Notes: a model not told the origin generated them from the letters alone. Positions 42,620 to 52,597 are shown, counted from the first letter of the stretch. The stretch is 64,000 bases of DNA from Methanomassiliicoccaceae archaeon (GCA_963728405.1 CAVSJV010000013.1:96001-160000), one strand, 5' to 3'. Numbers and translations: made by a program.

Positions 42620-42850
42620 ATGAAATGCTTCTACCTGAAGAGCGACGGCAAATGCGATGGCCGATACAAAGGATTTGCTTGCATCGATACGAAGTGTCGG
42701 GCAGATAAGGACCCTCCCTGCGAGCATTATGACCAGGGCTTCTACTGCCGCAAGTATCGCCGATTCGGTTGTGAGGGCATATCGAAGTGCACCGGCGAAC
42801 TGAAGCTCTCCGTGCCGGTGAAGGTGCACCGGGAAAAGGCCAAGGCCTGA
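42620..42850 (+). CDS. Small Cys-rich hypothetical protein (8 Cys)
   Basis: GGAGAGG RBS; two 4-Cys units. Confidence 0.6.
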   Translation: MKCFYLKSDGKCDGRYKGFACIDTKCRADKDPPCEHYDQGFYCRKYRRFGCEGISKCTGELKLSVPVKVHREKAKA

Positions 42851-43825
42851 TCATAGGTCCGAGTATAGGTCACGACGGATCCGGGGCACCATTGCTGCCA
42901 TTACTGCTTGCTCGGCCAGCTCGGTGCGGCTCAGCGCCCCCTTGGTCAGGAAACCGATGGCCCCGACCTTCTTTTCATCTTTCTCCCACCCGTACAGCTC
43001 GCGGAAGGCTGCCCCCACCGGGCAGCCTTCCTTGACCTTTTCAGCCACCTCCGGCGGATAACGGAACCCTGAGCCATGACCTATGGAGAAGTGACCCCGC
43101 CGGTCGATGATCGCACAGAACTGGATGTCATAAAGGCCGTCCCCTGTTTCGAACACCCCGGCCTCTAGGCCGATACCCAGGTCCCCGTCCCCCAAGGCCA
43201 GCCTGGCCCGCTCAATCGCCCCCCGGCTGGTCTCCTCCCCGCGAGGTTGTTCGGGAATGGAGGTTTTCACGCCGATGCCCTTGATGATGACCTCCCCATA
43301 GAACTTGGCCAGGACGTTGCTCGCGGCGTCGATCTTGATCTTGTTCTCCGAGCCCACGTTCACCCTCAACGGACGGAGGAGGTGACCTTCTCCGTCGATC
43401 TCCCCGGTCATTATACGGCGGGCGGAGATCGGCAGAAAATCTTCTGCTAGAATATGAGGGACCTCGATCAGCTGGAGAGGGTTGAAGCCCCCGGCGACCC
43501 GGTCCTTGTTGATCCCCTCAGCAGACGGTCGGGTCTCTGGAGAAATGATAAGAGCAGTAATGTCGGTTTGCTCGTCCACTCGCCCGGACGGGCGGTCGAT
43601 GACCGTTATCGACCAATTATTACCTTTGGAGCGCAGGTACTCTTCCAACCGGGACCTTCTTTCTTCGAGAGGGACGACCTGGCTCTTCCGCTCTCGGGCC
43701 ATCTCGTCGGAGGTGATGCCCACGACCACGATATCGCCGACCTGAAATGCTCGGTCGAGGATGGCCCTGTGTCCGCGGTGGATGATATTGAACGTTCCTC
43801 CCACGCCGACCTTCATGGTGATCAC
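42851..43825 (-). CDS. coaD: Bifunctional phosphopantetheine adenylyltransferase / inosine-xanthosine triphosphatase fusion
   Basis: GGTF..IHRGH, GITSD, SPET and ISA..I (CoaD), then GSENKIK, EQP, GLEAG and GAIG.LT (YjjX). Confidence 0.9.
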   Translation of the reverse strand: MITMKVGVGGTFNIIHRGHRAILDRAFQVGDIVVVGITSDEMARERKSQVVPLEERRSRLEEYLRSKGNNWSITVIDRPSGRVDEQTDITALIISPETRPSAEGINKDRVAGGFNPLQLIEVPHILAEDFLPISARRIMTGEIDGEGHLLRPLRVNVGSENKIKIDAASNVLAKFYGEVIIKGIGVKTSIPEQPRGEETSRGAIERARLALGDGDLGIGLEAGVFETGDGLYDIQFCAIIDRRGHFSIGHGSGFRYPPEVAEKVKEGCPVGAAFRELYGWEKDEKKVGAIGFLTKGALSRTELAEQAVMAAMVPRIRRDLYSDL

Positions 43826-44013
43826 ACCAGAACGAACAGCGCGATCACCAGGACCACCAGGGTAACGGCATAGAGAAGAATAAGCTGGCGCTTTCGCTTC
43901 TTAAGGATATCGTTACTTTTACCTTTGCACTCATCGGTGCAAAAGCGCTCCTCCCCGATGAAGGCCTTGCCACATTTGGAGCAATGGCGGTGCTGGGGGA
44001 TCTTTTCCGGCAT
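43822..44013 (-). CDS. DUF2116 Zn-ribbon membrane protein
   Basis: HRHC..CG......FC...C plus a C-terminal TM helix. Confidence 0.85.
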   Translation of the reverse strand: MPEKIPQHRHCSKCGKAFIGEERFCTDECKGKSNDILKKRKRQLILLYAVTLVVLVIALFVLV

Positions 44014-44121
44014 ATCTGCCCCATGGTCCGCGATTGATAAAAGCGTTTCCTAACTTGGTTCACTTGTAGACCGCGAACTGACCCTCATCCTTCCTATTGG
44101 GAACTGGTCAACGCCCGGCCG

Positions 44122-44274
44122 CTAGTCCTCGATGAACGGGGTCCCGTCAGGAATGCGGTTGATCCCATGGCTGTCCATGAGGTGATAAAGTAGGTCTCGA
44201 CGGACCTGTTTCTCATCATCGCCAAATGCGATGTAACCGCAATCCCCCTGCGGACATACTGCTCGTAAGCTCAT
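44122..44274 (-). CDS. Small C2H2-type (DUF1059-like) protein, 50 aa, not in ORF track
   Basis: MSLRAVCPQGDCGYIAFGDDEKQV...HLMDSHG. Confidence 0.55.
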   Translation of the reverse strand: MSLRAVCPQGDCGYIAFGDDEKQVRRDLLYHLMDSHGINRIPDGTPFIED

Positions 44275-44307
44275 CGATGCAATGTCGCACCGCATGCTTG
44301 AAATAAC

Positions 44308-44916
44308 TTAGCCTGTCGGAACTGTCTTGGGGGCCCTAAGGTCCAGTTCATTGTGCATGATGAGGATGCAGTGGTCGGCGTGGTAGGATAACGGACCGAG
44401 GGTGATGGTTGCCGGCGCATGGGCCAGAAGGTCCTGTTCTTCCTGGGGTGAAAGGTCCTGATGGTCCGATATGACGAACGTAAGGTCGCCGGAAAGCTCC
44501 TGCGAGCGGACATCCACGCCGTCCTCCTTCAGGTAAATGATCTGACTGACCTTGGCCAGTTCATCGATCAGCTCCTTGAACGAGCGTTTCGAGACATATA
44601 TCCCGGGGGATGAGCGGACCTCTTCGCCGCCCAGATCCTTGAGCAGAGCGTTCCTTACCAATGCTCCGGTGGAGCGTTCGTCCGGATTAAGGTACCGTAC
44701 TTCCGATCCGTTGACCCGGATAGTGCGTGGCGGATTGGGCTCACCCTGCAGAACCAGGTACACCTCGCTGTCTCGTCTGATACCATGGGATAGGAAGAAT
44801 GTAGAGTTGATGCACCGGAGGAGGATGTCCAAACGACCGGCACCCCCTGCCATATCGTCTAATTTGAAATCACCGGAGGTAGCGGCCTTATGGCCGACGA
44901 CGACGAAGCGTCTCAT
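44308..44916 (-). CDS. trmY: tRNA (pseudouridine54-N1)-methyltransferase
   Basis: GRLDIL.RC, FLSHG.R.D, PDERS, DH, LGP....DHCI. Confidence 0.93.
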   Translation of the reverse strand: MRRFVVVGHKAATSGDFKLDDMAGGAGRLDILLRCINSTFFLSHGIRRDSEVYLVLQGEPNPPRTIRVNGSEVRYLNPDERSTGALVRNALLKDLGGEEVRSSPGIYVSKRSFKELIDELAKVSQIIYLKEDGVDVRSQELSGDLTFVISDHQDLSPQEEQDLLAHAPATITLGPLSYHADHCILIMHNELDLRAPKTVPTG

Positions 44917-46253
44917 GGGGTCGGCCCCAGTTCGCCGGACTGGAACTGCTTCATCAGCTGCTTGCGGAACTTGCGGTTCCCCATGAAGCCCTTCACTGCC
45001 TTCTTGGACATATTGTACTGCTTCAACAGGTCCCTGACATCCTTGGCCTCCACGCCGGAGCCCCGGGCGATGCGATTGATGCGGGCCGACTTGATCAGCT
45101 TGGGGTCCTCCATCTCCTCATCGGTCATGGAATCCATGATGAACTTGAACTTGCGGAGCTTCTCCTGTGACTCCTCCATGTTCACCTTTTCACCCATCCC
45201 GGGCATGCCTGGCAACATGGACACCAACTTCTTCAGCGGTCCCATATTGGTGAGCATCTCCATCTGCTCATACATCTCCTTGAGCGTGAACCGTCCGGAC
45301 ATCATCTTCTTGACCGTCTCTTCGGCCTTTTCCTCGGAGATGTTGTCCTTGGCAGCCTCCAGCAGGCTCTGGATATCCCCCATTCCCAGCAACCGAGAGA
45401 TGAACCGGGTCGGGTCGAACGGCTCGAGGTCGGTAAGGTGTTCCCCTACGCCGATGAACACGATGGGCGCCTGGGTCTGCGCCACCGCGGATAGGGCGCC
45501 ACCGCCCTTAGCGGTGCCGTCCATCTTAGTGATGATGACGCTGGTCACTCCGACCGCATCGTGGAACGCCTTGGCCTGCGGACCAGCCTGTTGCCCGACC
45601 GAGGCATCAAGGACCAGGATGCGCTCGTTCGGCTTTACTATGTCCGCTACGCGTTTCAGCTCTGAGATGAGGTCGTCCTCAAGGGCGTGTCTGCCCGATG
45701 TGTCGACGATGACCACGTCCGAGCCAGCGAAGTGGTGCATGCCGTCCTGAGCGATCTTAGCAGCATCATTTTGCCCTGGCTCGCCATAGAAGGAGACGCC
45801 CACTTTGTCGGCAATCTGCTTCAGCTGATCATAGGCGGCAGGACGATGGACATCGGCGGCAACAACCCCTACCTTGAGCCCTTTTTTGTGGAAGAATCGG
45901 GCCAACTTTCCGGTGGTGGTGGTCTTCCCTTGTCCATAAAGACCGACCATCATGATGGTCTGCTTGCCGATGGGAAGGGGGCGGGGCTGCCCTAGGATCT
46001 TGATAAGCTCATCATAGATGATACGGACGATGTGCTCCTTGGGGCTCGTACCGGCGGTTGGCTGCTCGCTGAGGGCCCGGCGCTCCACCTCCTTGGTCAT
46101 CTCAAGGACGAGCTTGACGTTGATATCGGCCTGAAGAAGCGCTCTCTGAATGTCCCTGGTGATCTCCTTGACCAGCGTTTCGTCGATGTGTGATGCCCCG
46201 GTGATCTTCTTGAGGACATTACGCAGGGAGTTGCCTAGGTTCTCCAGTACCAT
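44913..46253 (-). CDS. srp54: Signal recognition particle protein SRP54
   Basis: GLYGQGKTTT, DTSGR, TKMDG.AKGG, Met-rich M domain SMT..E...P, SRI.RIARGSG. Confidence 0.97.
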   Translation of the reverse strand: MVLENLGNSLRNVLKKITGASHIDETLVKEITRDIQRALLQADINVKLVLEMTKEVERRALSEQPTAGTSPKEHIVRIIYDELIKILGQPRPLPIGKQTIMMVGLYGQGKTTTTGKLARFFHKKGLKVGVVAADVHRPAAYDQLKQIADKVGVSFYGEPGQNDAAKIAQDGMHHFAGSDVVIVDTSGRHALEDDLISELKRVADIVKPNERILVLDASVGQQAGPQAKAFHDAVGVTSVIITKMDGTAKGGGALSAVAQTQAPIVFIGVGEHLTDLEPFDPTRFISRLLGMGDIQSLLEAAKDNISEEKAEETVKKMMSGRFTLKEMYEQMEMLTNMGPLKKLVSMLPGMPGMGEKVNMEESQEKLRKFKFIMDSMTDEEMEDPKLIKSARINRIARGSGVEAKDVRDLLKQYNMSKKAVKGFMGNRKFRKQLMKQFQSGELGPTP

Positions 46254-46322
46254 GAGTGCACCGAGGATAGCTGAGGACCTGGAGCATTTTAAAGGTTGCC
46301 ATTCGGCAGCCGCTCGTCAGCC

Positions 46323-47042
46323 TCACCCTAGCTCGAGCCTTTCCCCCGGAGCGAGCACCATTGCCTCCGATATGGTCTCCTTCTCCACACGATCCCTGAA
46401 TTCCTGCGGATCAGCCTTGAGCATGTGCATAGGGACGACGATAGTAGGCTTGATAAGCTTGACCGCCTCGACCGCCTGGCCCATGTTCATAGTGAACTTC
46501 CCGCCGATGGGCAGCAAGGCCAGGTCTATCCGACCCAGATCTTTCATCTCATCGATCAGACCAGTGTCTCCGGCATGGTAGATGCGCTTGCCCTCGATCT
46601 CCAGAACATATCCCACACATTCGCCTTTCCTATGGTAGGTGATCCCACCCTTCCTGGGGCGATTGTAGGCAAACACGACGTTGATGTTCAGATCCTGGAA
46701 GGGAATGTTCTGCCCGGGGCTGACAACACTCATGCCCTGACCGAGCTTCTTCTGGCATTTTCCCGTAGCGAGCACCGTGGTCATATCACTGGACAACTGG
46801 TCTACCACCTCTTTGACCACATGGTCCAAATGGTGGTGGGTGACAAGGATCAAGTTTCCCGGACCCATATCTTCAGGCAGATCCGTTCTCTGCTTTCTGG
46901 GAGAGAAGGACGACCTTATCTGGTCCCCGATGCTACTGGATAATGAGGGATCGAAGTATATCAGATGCATTGATGAACGGATCTGGACGAAGGACTGTGG
47001 AAACCAACGGACATTTAACAATAAATCACTGCGCGAAAGCAT
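46323..47042 (-). CDS. MBL-fold metal-dependent hydrolase (UPF0173-like)
   Basis: THHHLDH, YHAGDT, LPIGG.FTM, PMH. Confidence 0.85.
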   Translation of the reverse strand: MLSRSDLLLNVRWFPQSFVQIRSSMHLIYFDPSLSSSIGDQIRSSFSPRKQRTDLPEDMGPGNLILVTHHHLDHVVKEVVDQLSSDMTTVLATGKCQKKLGQGMSVVSPGQNIPFQDLNINVVFAYNRPRKGGITYHRKGECVGYVLEIEGKRIYHAGDTGLIDEMKDLGRIDLALLPIGGKFTMNMGQAVEAVKLIKPTIVVPMHMLKADPQEFRDRVEKETISEAMVLAPGERLELG

Positions 47043-47277
47043 TCCATCGACCCATAATAAACTTCGGTGGACACGCGTTCACCCTGACGATCTGTCAGAG
47101 GAATTTTGCCCACAACGCTCAGTCTAACGATATCGTCACCGGGGCATCGGCCCAGTTCACCACATTCTACTGGGCGCTCTGATAAAGTCGCAGATGTTAA
47201 GGCACTATTCGTACTCAGCCGACACGCTATCCAGCGTAGGTGGGATCTGCAACAATATTGATATTGTATAGGACTTT

Positions 47278-47353
47278 AAAAAAGGAAGTGGGAAGGGCTA
47301 GCTCTGTCAGAAGGGATGGGATGCACTCTGTAAACTAGCCCAACGCTTCCCAT
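47278..47353 (-). ncRNA. Candidate small hairpin RNA with its own TATA box and T-run terminator
   Basis: TATATATA at 47374-47381, long stem GGGAA..GGGCTAG/CTAGCCC.TTCCC, then TTTTTT. Confidence 0.5.
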
Positions 47354-47451
47354 TCCTAATATTATCTCTAGCCTATATATAGGTTTTGCAAAGAGTGCAG
47401 AATATTATACTGGATAAAAAATATGGGGGTTAAAGGGGTTTGGGAAACCGA

Positions 47452-48321
47452 TTAGAGATACCCAGACTTCTGAAGGGCCATAAGGTCCTCGGTGCTAAGC
47501 TTCTCTCCGGACTTGAACTTGTCAAAGATCTTCTCCGCCTCTTCCTTGGCTGAGGACTCGTCCTCTTTCTTCTTGGCCTTCCGGGCCTTCTGCCTCATGC
47601 CTGCGATGATCTTGTCGTAGTCATGCACCTGGCGGATGTTCTCGATGTGCTTCTTGTGCTCCTCGTCGGCGTTGAGCTTGTTAGCGATGAACGATTCCTG
47701 GGCACCATCGGCCTCCTTTCTCAAGGTGTCGGCCTGCTCATATAGGACGATCATTGCGTCGTGCTCGGACTGAGCCTTCTCGGCGCACTCGGAAACGTCC
47801 CGGTGGTGGGCCTCGGCCTGATCCTTCGCATCGCGCAGTTCCTTGATGCCAGTCTTGACTTCCTCGTTCTGCTCGTACGCCTTCTCCCTCTCGCGGATCT
47901 GAGCCTGGAGCTTTCCCATCTCTTCGATGAGCTCTTGCTCCTTATCCTTGGTGAGGACCGAGGTCATTTGTTTGAACTCGAGGTTCTTTAGCTCTTTCTT
48001 GAGCTTTGATACCGGAGGTCCGTTCTTCGGAAGGTTATCCTTCTTGATCTTGGTAACCTTCTCGTTGAGTTCGTTGACCATCTTGTTCCATTTGTCGCGC
48101 TGTTCCTTAGCTTCCCGGACCTTGACGTTCAATTGGTCTCGGGTGCTGCGATGCTTGGCAGCCTGGTCAACCAGTTCCCTGACCTTCGCGTTCAGGGCGT
48201 CCCTCTTCTCAACCCATTCCCTGGTCTTTTCGTTTAGCTCGTCACGGACCTTGCGGTGCTTCTCCGCTTCAACGTTGTGGAGTTGGCGCTTAGTTTCCAG
48301 CTCCTCCAAGAGTTCAGTCAT
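47452..48321 (-). CDS. Archaeal coiled-coil protein (COG1340-like)
   Basis: RDELN repeats, LEFKQMT.VLT..KE, C-terminal GEKLSTEDL..LQK. Confidence 0.8.
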   Translation of the reverse strand: MTELLEELETKRQLHNVEAEKHRKVRDELNEKTREWVEKRDALNAKVRELVDQAAKHRSTRDQLNVKVREAKEQRDKWNKMVNELNEKVTKIKKDNLPKNGPPVSKLKKELKNLEFKQMTSVLTKDKEQELIEEMGKLQAQIREREKAYEQNEEVKTGIKELRDAKDQAEAHHRDVSECAEKAQSEHDAMIVLYEQADTLRKEADGAQESFIANKLNADEEHKKHIENIRQVHDYDKIIAGMRQKARKAKKKEDESSAKEEAEKIFDKFKSGEKLSTEDLMALQKSGYL

Positions 48322-48434
48322 GCATTCACACTCAAATAGCAAGCGAATAAAATTGCTTGGCAGTAAAGGGCATACTGACACTTGTTTATAATCCTTACGC
48401 TTTTTAACTTTTTTTCAGGGAGGTCGGCCAGCAT

Positions 48435-48839
48435 CTACTTTTTCTTGCTGTCTTCCGCTTCTTCGTCGAACTCCTCTTCTTCACCCTGGTCGTTCGACTT
48501 GCTGGGTTCGAGCTGCACCTCATGCCAGTCGGATCCGAAACGATCGGCTCCACCGGTCTTGAGCTGGAACTTTACTCTGAGATGGCCGTCCTCGAAGAAC
48601 ACGTAGGCGTTCTTCAGCATTGATATGTAGAACGACACCCGTTTGCCCTGTTGGGAAAGCCTTCTCTCCTGACATACTAGGAGGCCAGCCGATTCCAGGT
48701 CCTTGATCCGACGGTAACAGGCGGCGATAGGGATGCCAAACTTCATTGCGATGTCCTGAGCCGAGCGCGGCTGACGGACCGTCGCCACTAGTATCTTGAC
48801 CGAGTATTCGTCGGTCAAGAGCTGTGAAACCCTGAGCAC
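48435..48839 (-). CDS. Winged-HTH transcription regulator with an acidic tail
   Basis: DEYS.KIL.AT...P.SA..I....IP...CYRRI..LE.AGLL. Confidence 0.85.
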   Translation of the reverse strand: MLRVSQLLTDEYSVKILVATVRQPRSAQDIAMKFGIPIAACYRRIKDLESAGLLVCQERRLSQQGKRVSFYISMLKNAYVFFEDGHLRVKFQLKTGGADRFGSDWHEVQLEPSKSNDQGEEEEFDEEAEDSKKK

Positions 48840-49037
48840 GTCTATACGGGTCCCCCCTGAAGATGACCGGACAGGATGAATGATAACGACCCTACACGCT
48901 CAAAAGCGTTCTCTCCAGACCTATCTCCCACCCCTAGATTCTGAGGTAGGAGAAACGTTCTCGATTTAAAAGCGTTATGGATTGGATTGATTCTAGATAG
49001 AATATCGGATATTAATCCAGCGAACCCGGATATCGCC

Positions 49038-49400
49038 TTAGGCTTTCTCGGCGTGGGCGACAGGGCTCTCACCAACATGGACCATCTCCGAATCAGGTAA
49101 AAAGTCGATCTCCACGTTGAAAAGTCCACCGGCGAAGGTGACCTTGGCCACATTCACCGCGCATTGATAGTAGGACACTTTCTTCCCGCGGTAGACCTCT
49201 TCATATCCGACACATTTGACGAGGCCAAACTCTTCCATTCGAGCGACCCTTCGATAGGCCACCGCTATGGGTATGATGCAGGTCCGGCTTATCTGTTGTA
49301 CGGACATCGGGTTCTTGAAAGTGGCGCTGAGGATCTTACCAGCGTACTCGTCCGAGATTAACCGAGAGAGGTCCTCATCGCGGGAAACGTTCACTTCCAT
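49038..49400 (-). CDS. Winged-HTH transcription regulator (paralog of the neighbour)
   Basis: DEYA.KIL.AT...PMS...I....IP...AYRRV..ME..GLV. Confidence 0.85.
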   Translation of the reverse strand: MEVNVSRDEDLSRLISDEYAGKILSATFKNPMSVQQISRTCIIPIAVAYRRVARMEEFGLVKCVGYEEVYRGKKVSYYQCAVNVAKVTFAGGLFNVEIDFLPDSEMVHVGESPVAHAEKA

Positions 49401-49470
49401 CGCCCGTTGAATCGACGTTTCTATTAAAGACTTTATCTTATCAGTATCAGGGTTGATAGTCCACCACCGC

Positions 49471-51090
49471 CTAGATCATCGGCACCATTCTGGGTGACGG
49501 CAGCTTCTCTTCCTGGCCCGCGAAATCAAGGTAGTAGTATGGGGTATGGGGCTTCATTCCTGCGGCCATTACACAGCCAGCCATGTTCTCGAACCGGATA
49601 TGGATCTTGGCCTGCTCGCGTAAAGGCGCGAGGGACTGGGACATCGTAGATGCGATGGCGATCACGACATGGCCGCCTCTCCTCATGGCGTCGATGTGGG
49701 CCAAGGTCTGTTTGAATACATTGGACCCGTACACGCCCTCCATGGCATCATAGCCCAGGATGCTCAGATAGGGGGACGAGGAATCGCCCAACATGTATTT
49801 TAGCGAGGACATGCGCAGGTCCTGCCCGGCATCCTCCCCTTCAATAGCAGTAATGAATGGGTAGCTCTGCTCCTGTCCAGCTTCGGTGTCCAGGATCCTG
49901 AAGCTCTTGCTGAGGGCGTTGGTACCAACCAGCATCCGCATTTGCTCGTCGACGATCGAATAATCGGTCGCATACATGGGAAGCCAGGCCACGCCTCGAC
50001 CTTTCTCCAGGAAGTCGCTCATAACTCCAAGCTCGAGACAGCGGACGACGTCCTGGTGGACGTCCAGATCGAACTCCCATAGGACGAGCGAGCCCTTGGG
50101 GAACCCGCCAAAGTACTGATCGATATAGAAGTTACCTGATGAAACGGTCCGGGAGGTGGGGTCCTTGACCGGTACGTGCTTCTGCATATGTTCTGGAATC
50201 CGCACCCAGGTCGGCTCGAACACCGACATGCGGCCTCCGGTGAGCGTAAGAAAATATTTCCACTGGTCGACCGACTGACCGCGAAGCTTCTCGATGATCA
50301 TCTGACGGACGCGTCTTCCGCCGCGGTCCTCCGAGATCATCTGGATGACCCCATCCCCGAGGTAGTCCATATTGGTCTTGCCCGATTGTTCGAGAGTGTA
50401 GACGATGTTGGTGCCGGAATTCTCCACAAGGTCCTTCTGGAGGGTGTTGATTATCCTCTGGGAGCTTATGCCATACCGCTCCGAAAGGGCATCGATGGAG
50501 TCGACCACCATGAGTGTCTTACGGGGCAGGTTCGCCTCTGCCAGATCATAGGCCACCTCGAGTTCGGGGAGCATGACGCCGAGGTCCAGGGTGATCTCCT
50601 CTTCGGTGATCTCACCACTGAATCCCCCTTCGCCTTCCGCGCCGACCTCGCCCGCCTCGACCTGGCCCTCCAGTTTCTGAAGCTCGGAGCGGACGACCAT
50701 CAGGGAGTTCTCATTGGTGTTCAACGCCCTCAATAGGTCCTTGGCCGCCTGAATTGTCACTTGCTGACCGGCCGGTGACTCGGCATGGATAGGCATTTCC
50801 TTATTTCGGCGCAGGAAGGACTTGCCGGCCTTTAGGATATTGTCCCGCTTTGCCTTGTCACGGGCCCACGGGAACTGTCTGAACAGTGCTTCGTCCGATA
50901 CTCTAGTGGAGAGATAATATTCGGGTTGCTCGTCGGATAGCTCTTCGATCACCTGCAGGGCCAGCGTGGTCTTGCCTGTACCGGCTTCCCCTTTCAGCAT
51001 GAGCGAGTGACCTCCTGGTGCCCGCATGAAATCCAACAATACCTGGGGGATCTTGCCCCTCTGTCTTTCCGCTGCCGAGGAGGATGCCAT
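49471..51090 (-). CDS. GvpD-like / KaiC-RecA-superfamily double-domain ATPase
   Basis: SL..KGEAGTGKTT, YLSTRV...L...FPW, VDSID, DYL.DG, KLRG; second domain SSG...D...GGFP.GS lacks a Walker A. Confidence 0.8.
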   Translation of the reverse strand: MASSSAAERQRGKIPQVLLDFMRAPGGHSLMLKGEAGTGKTTLALQVIEELSDEQPEYYLSTRVSDEALFRQFPWARDKAKRDNILKAGKSFLRRNKEMPIHAESPAGQQVTIQAAKDLLRALNTNENSLMVVRSELQKLEGQVEAGEVGAEGEGGFSGEITEEEITLDLGVMLPELEVAYDLAEANLPRKTLMVVDSIDALSERYGISSQRIINTLQKDLVENSGTNIVYTLEQSGKTNMDYLGDGVIQMISEDRGGRRVRQMIIEKLRGQSVDQWKYFLTLTGGRMSVFEPTWVRIPEHMQKHVPVKDPTSRTVSSGNFYIDQYFGGFPKGSLVLWEFDLDVHQDVVRCLELGVMSDFLEKGRGVAWLPMYATDYSIVDEQMRMLVGTNALSKSFRILDTEAGQEQSYPFITAIEGEDAGQDLRMSSLKYMLGDSSSPYLSILGYDAMEGVYGSNVFKQTLAHIDAMRRGGHVVIAIASTMSQSLAPLREQAKIHIRFENMAGCVMAAGMKPHTPYYYLDFAGQEEKLPSPRMVPMI

Positions 51091-51231
51091 TTTACCTACC
51101 TACACTTTATATGCTGGCCTCAATATTAACCATTTCAGTATAAACCCCTTTCGCTCTCGGTCCATTGACTTGATAAGAACAAGCACCGCCACTAAATATA
51201 AATTGAGCGGCTTTTATCATTGGCCGTGACC

Positions 51232-52593
51232 ATGCTTATCTGCCCGTTAGATTATCGTTATGGTAGGAAGGAGATGAAGGCGGTGTTCTCGGAGGAGAAC
51301 CGGCTGCGCACTCAGCTCCTTGTCGAGGCGGCCCTGGCCCGTGCCCAAGCGACAGCTGGCAGCATCCCTGAGGAGGCTGCCGCTGAGATAACGGTGAAGT
51401 GCTCCCCCGAGTTCATCAATTTGGAACGGGTAAAGGAGATCGAGGCGGAGACGAAGCATGATGTAATGGCATTGGTCAAGGCGATCTCCGAACAGTGCGG
51501 TGAGGCTGGGAAATATGTTCACCTAGGGGCGACATCGAACGATATAGTGGACACCGCCGCAGCGTTGGAGTTCAAGTCGGCCATAGATATAATCGAACAG
51601 GACCTTGATACGCTGATCATCACCATGTGCGCCCTGGCAGCCAAGCACCGCCAGACCGTCATGATCGGCCGTACCCACGGCCAGTTCGCGATACCGACCA
51701 CCTTTGGATTCAAAGTGGCCGGATACATCACTGAGCTACTGCGCCACCGCGATAGGGTCAAGGAGATGCGCCCAAGGGTATGTGTGGGCAAAATGTCCGG
51801 AGCCATCGGTACGGGCGCCGGCTTCGGGGACAAGTTCTTCAAGGTCCAGTCCCAGGTCATGAGGGATCTGAAACTGGGTGTGGAAGAAGCTGCCACTCAA
51901 GTTGTCAACCGCGACCGATACGCCGAGTTCGTGTTCACCCTTAGCCTGATAGCCACCTCCTGCGAGAGGTATGCCACCGAGATTAGGAACCTGCAGCGCT
52001 CCGAGATCGGCGAAGCAGCCGAAGCGTTCGATGCCAAGAAGCAGGTCGGCTCATCGACCATGGCACAGAAGAAGAACCCCATGCTCTCAGAGAACATCAC
52101 CGGATTGGCGCGGGTCGTTCGCGGGTTCATCAATCCGCAGATGGAATCGATGGTCCTCTGGCACGAGAGGGACCTGTCCAACTCTTCGGCCGAGCGGTTC
52201 ATCCTTCCTCACGTGGCGGTGCTCACTGACGATATACTCTACAAGATGAACGATGTGTTCGCTCATCTGTCCGTAAACGAGAAGAGCATGCGTCGCAACA
52301 TCGACTCGGCCAATGGATTCATCATGGCCGAGGCGGTGCTACTTGCTCTCGCCAACAAGGGGATGGGGAGACAGGAAGCTCACGAACTGGTCCGCCAGGT
52401 CAGCATGAAGGCAGAGGAGCAAGGCAAAGGCCTGAAGGCGGCGCTCAAGGAGAATAAGGCGGTGACCAAGCTCCTGTCGGCCAAGGATCTCGATGCGGTC
52501 ATGGAGCCCGACAACTATGTTGGGAAGGCGCCCGAGTTGGTCGATCGGACCATAGATCAGGCCACGGCCGCGCTGGGCCGCAAGATACTCTGA
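51232..52593 (+). CDS. purB: Adenylosuccinate lyase
   Basis: HDV, HLGATS.D, GRTHGQ, GSSTMAQKKNP, HERDL. Confidence 0.96.
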   Translation: MLICPLDYRYGRKEMKAVFSEENRLRTQLLVEAALARAQATAGSIPEEAAAEITVKCSPEFINLERVKEIEAETKHDVMALVKAISEQCGEAGKYVHLGATSNDIVDTAAALEFKSAIDIIEQDLDTLIITMCALAAKHRQTVMIGRTHGQFAIPTTFGFKVAGYITELLRHRDRVKEMRPRVCVGKMSGAIGTGAGFGDKFFKVQSQVMRDLKLGVEEAATQVVNRDRYAEFVFTLSLIATSCERYATEIRNLQRSEIGEAAEAFDAKKQVGSSTMAQKKNPMLSENITGLARVVRGFINPQMESMVLWHERDLSNSSAERFILPHVAVLTDDILYKMNDVFAHLSVNEKSMRRNIDSANGFIMAEAVLLALANKGMGRQEAHELVRQVSMKAEEQGKGLKAALKENKAVTKLLSAKDLDAVMEPDNYVGKAPELVDRTIDQATAALGRKIL

Positions 52594-52597
52594 ACAC

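Noticed and set aside
42851-43825. CoaD-YjjX fusion as a novelty
   Set aside because: Already known from Thermoplasmatota; used only as a taxonomic clue.
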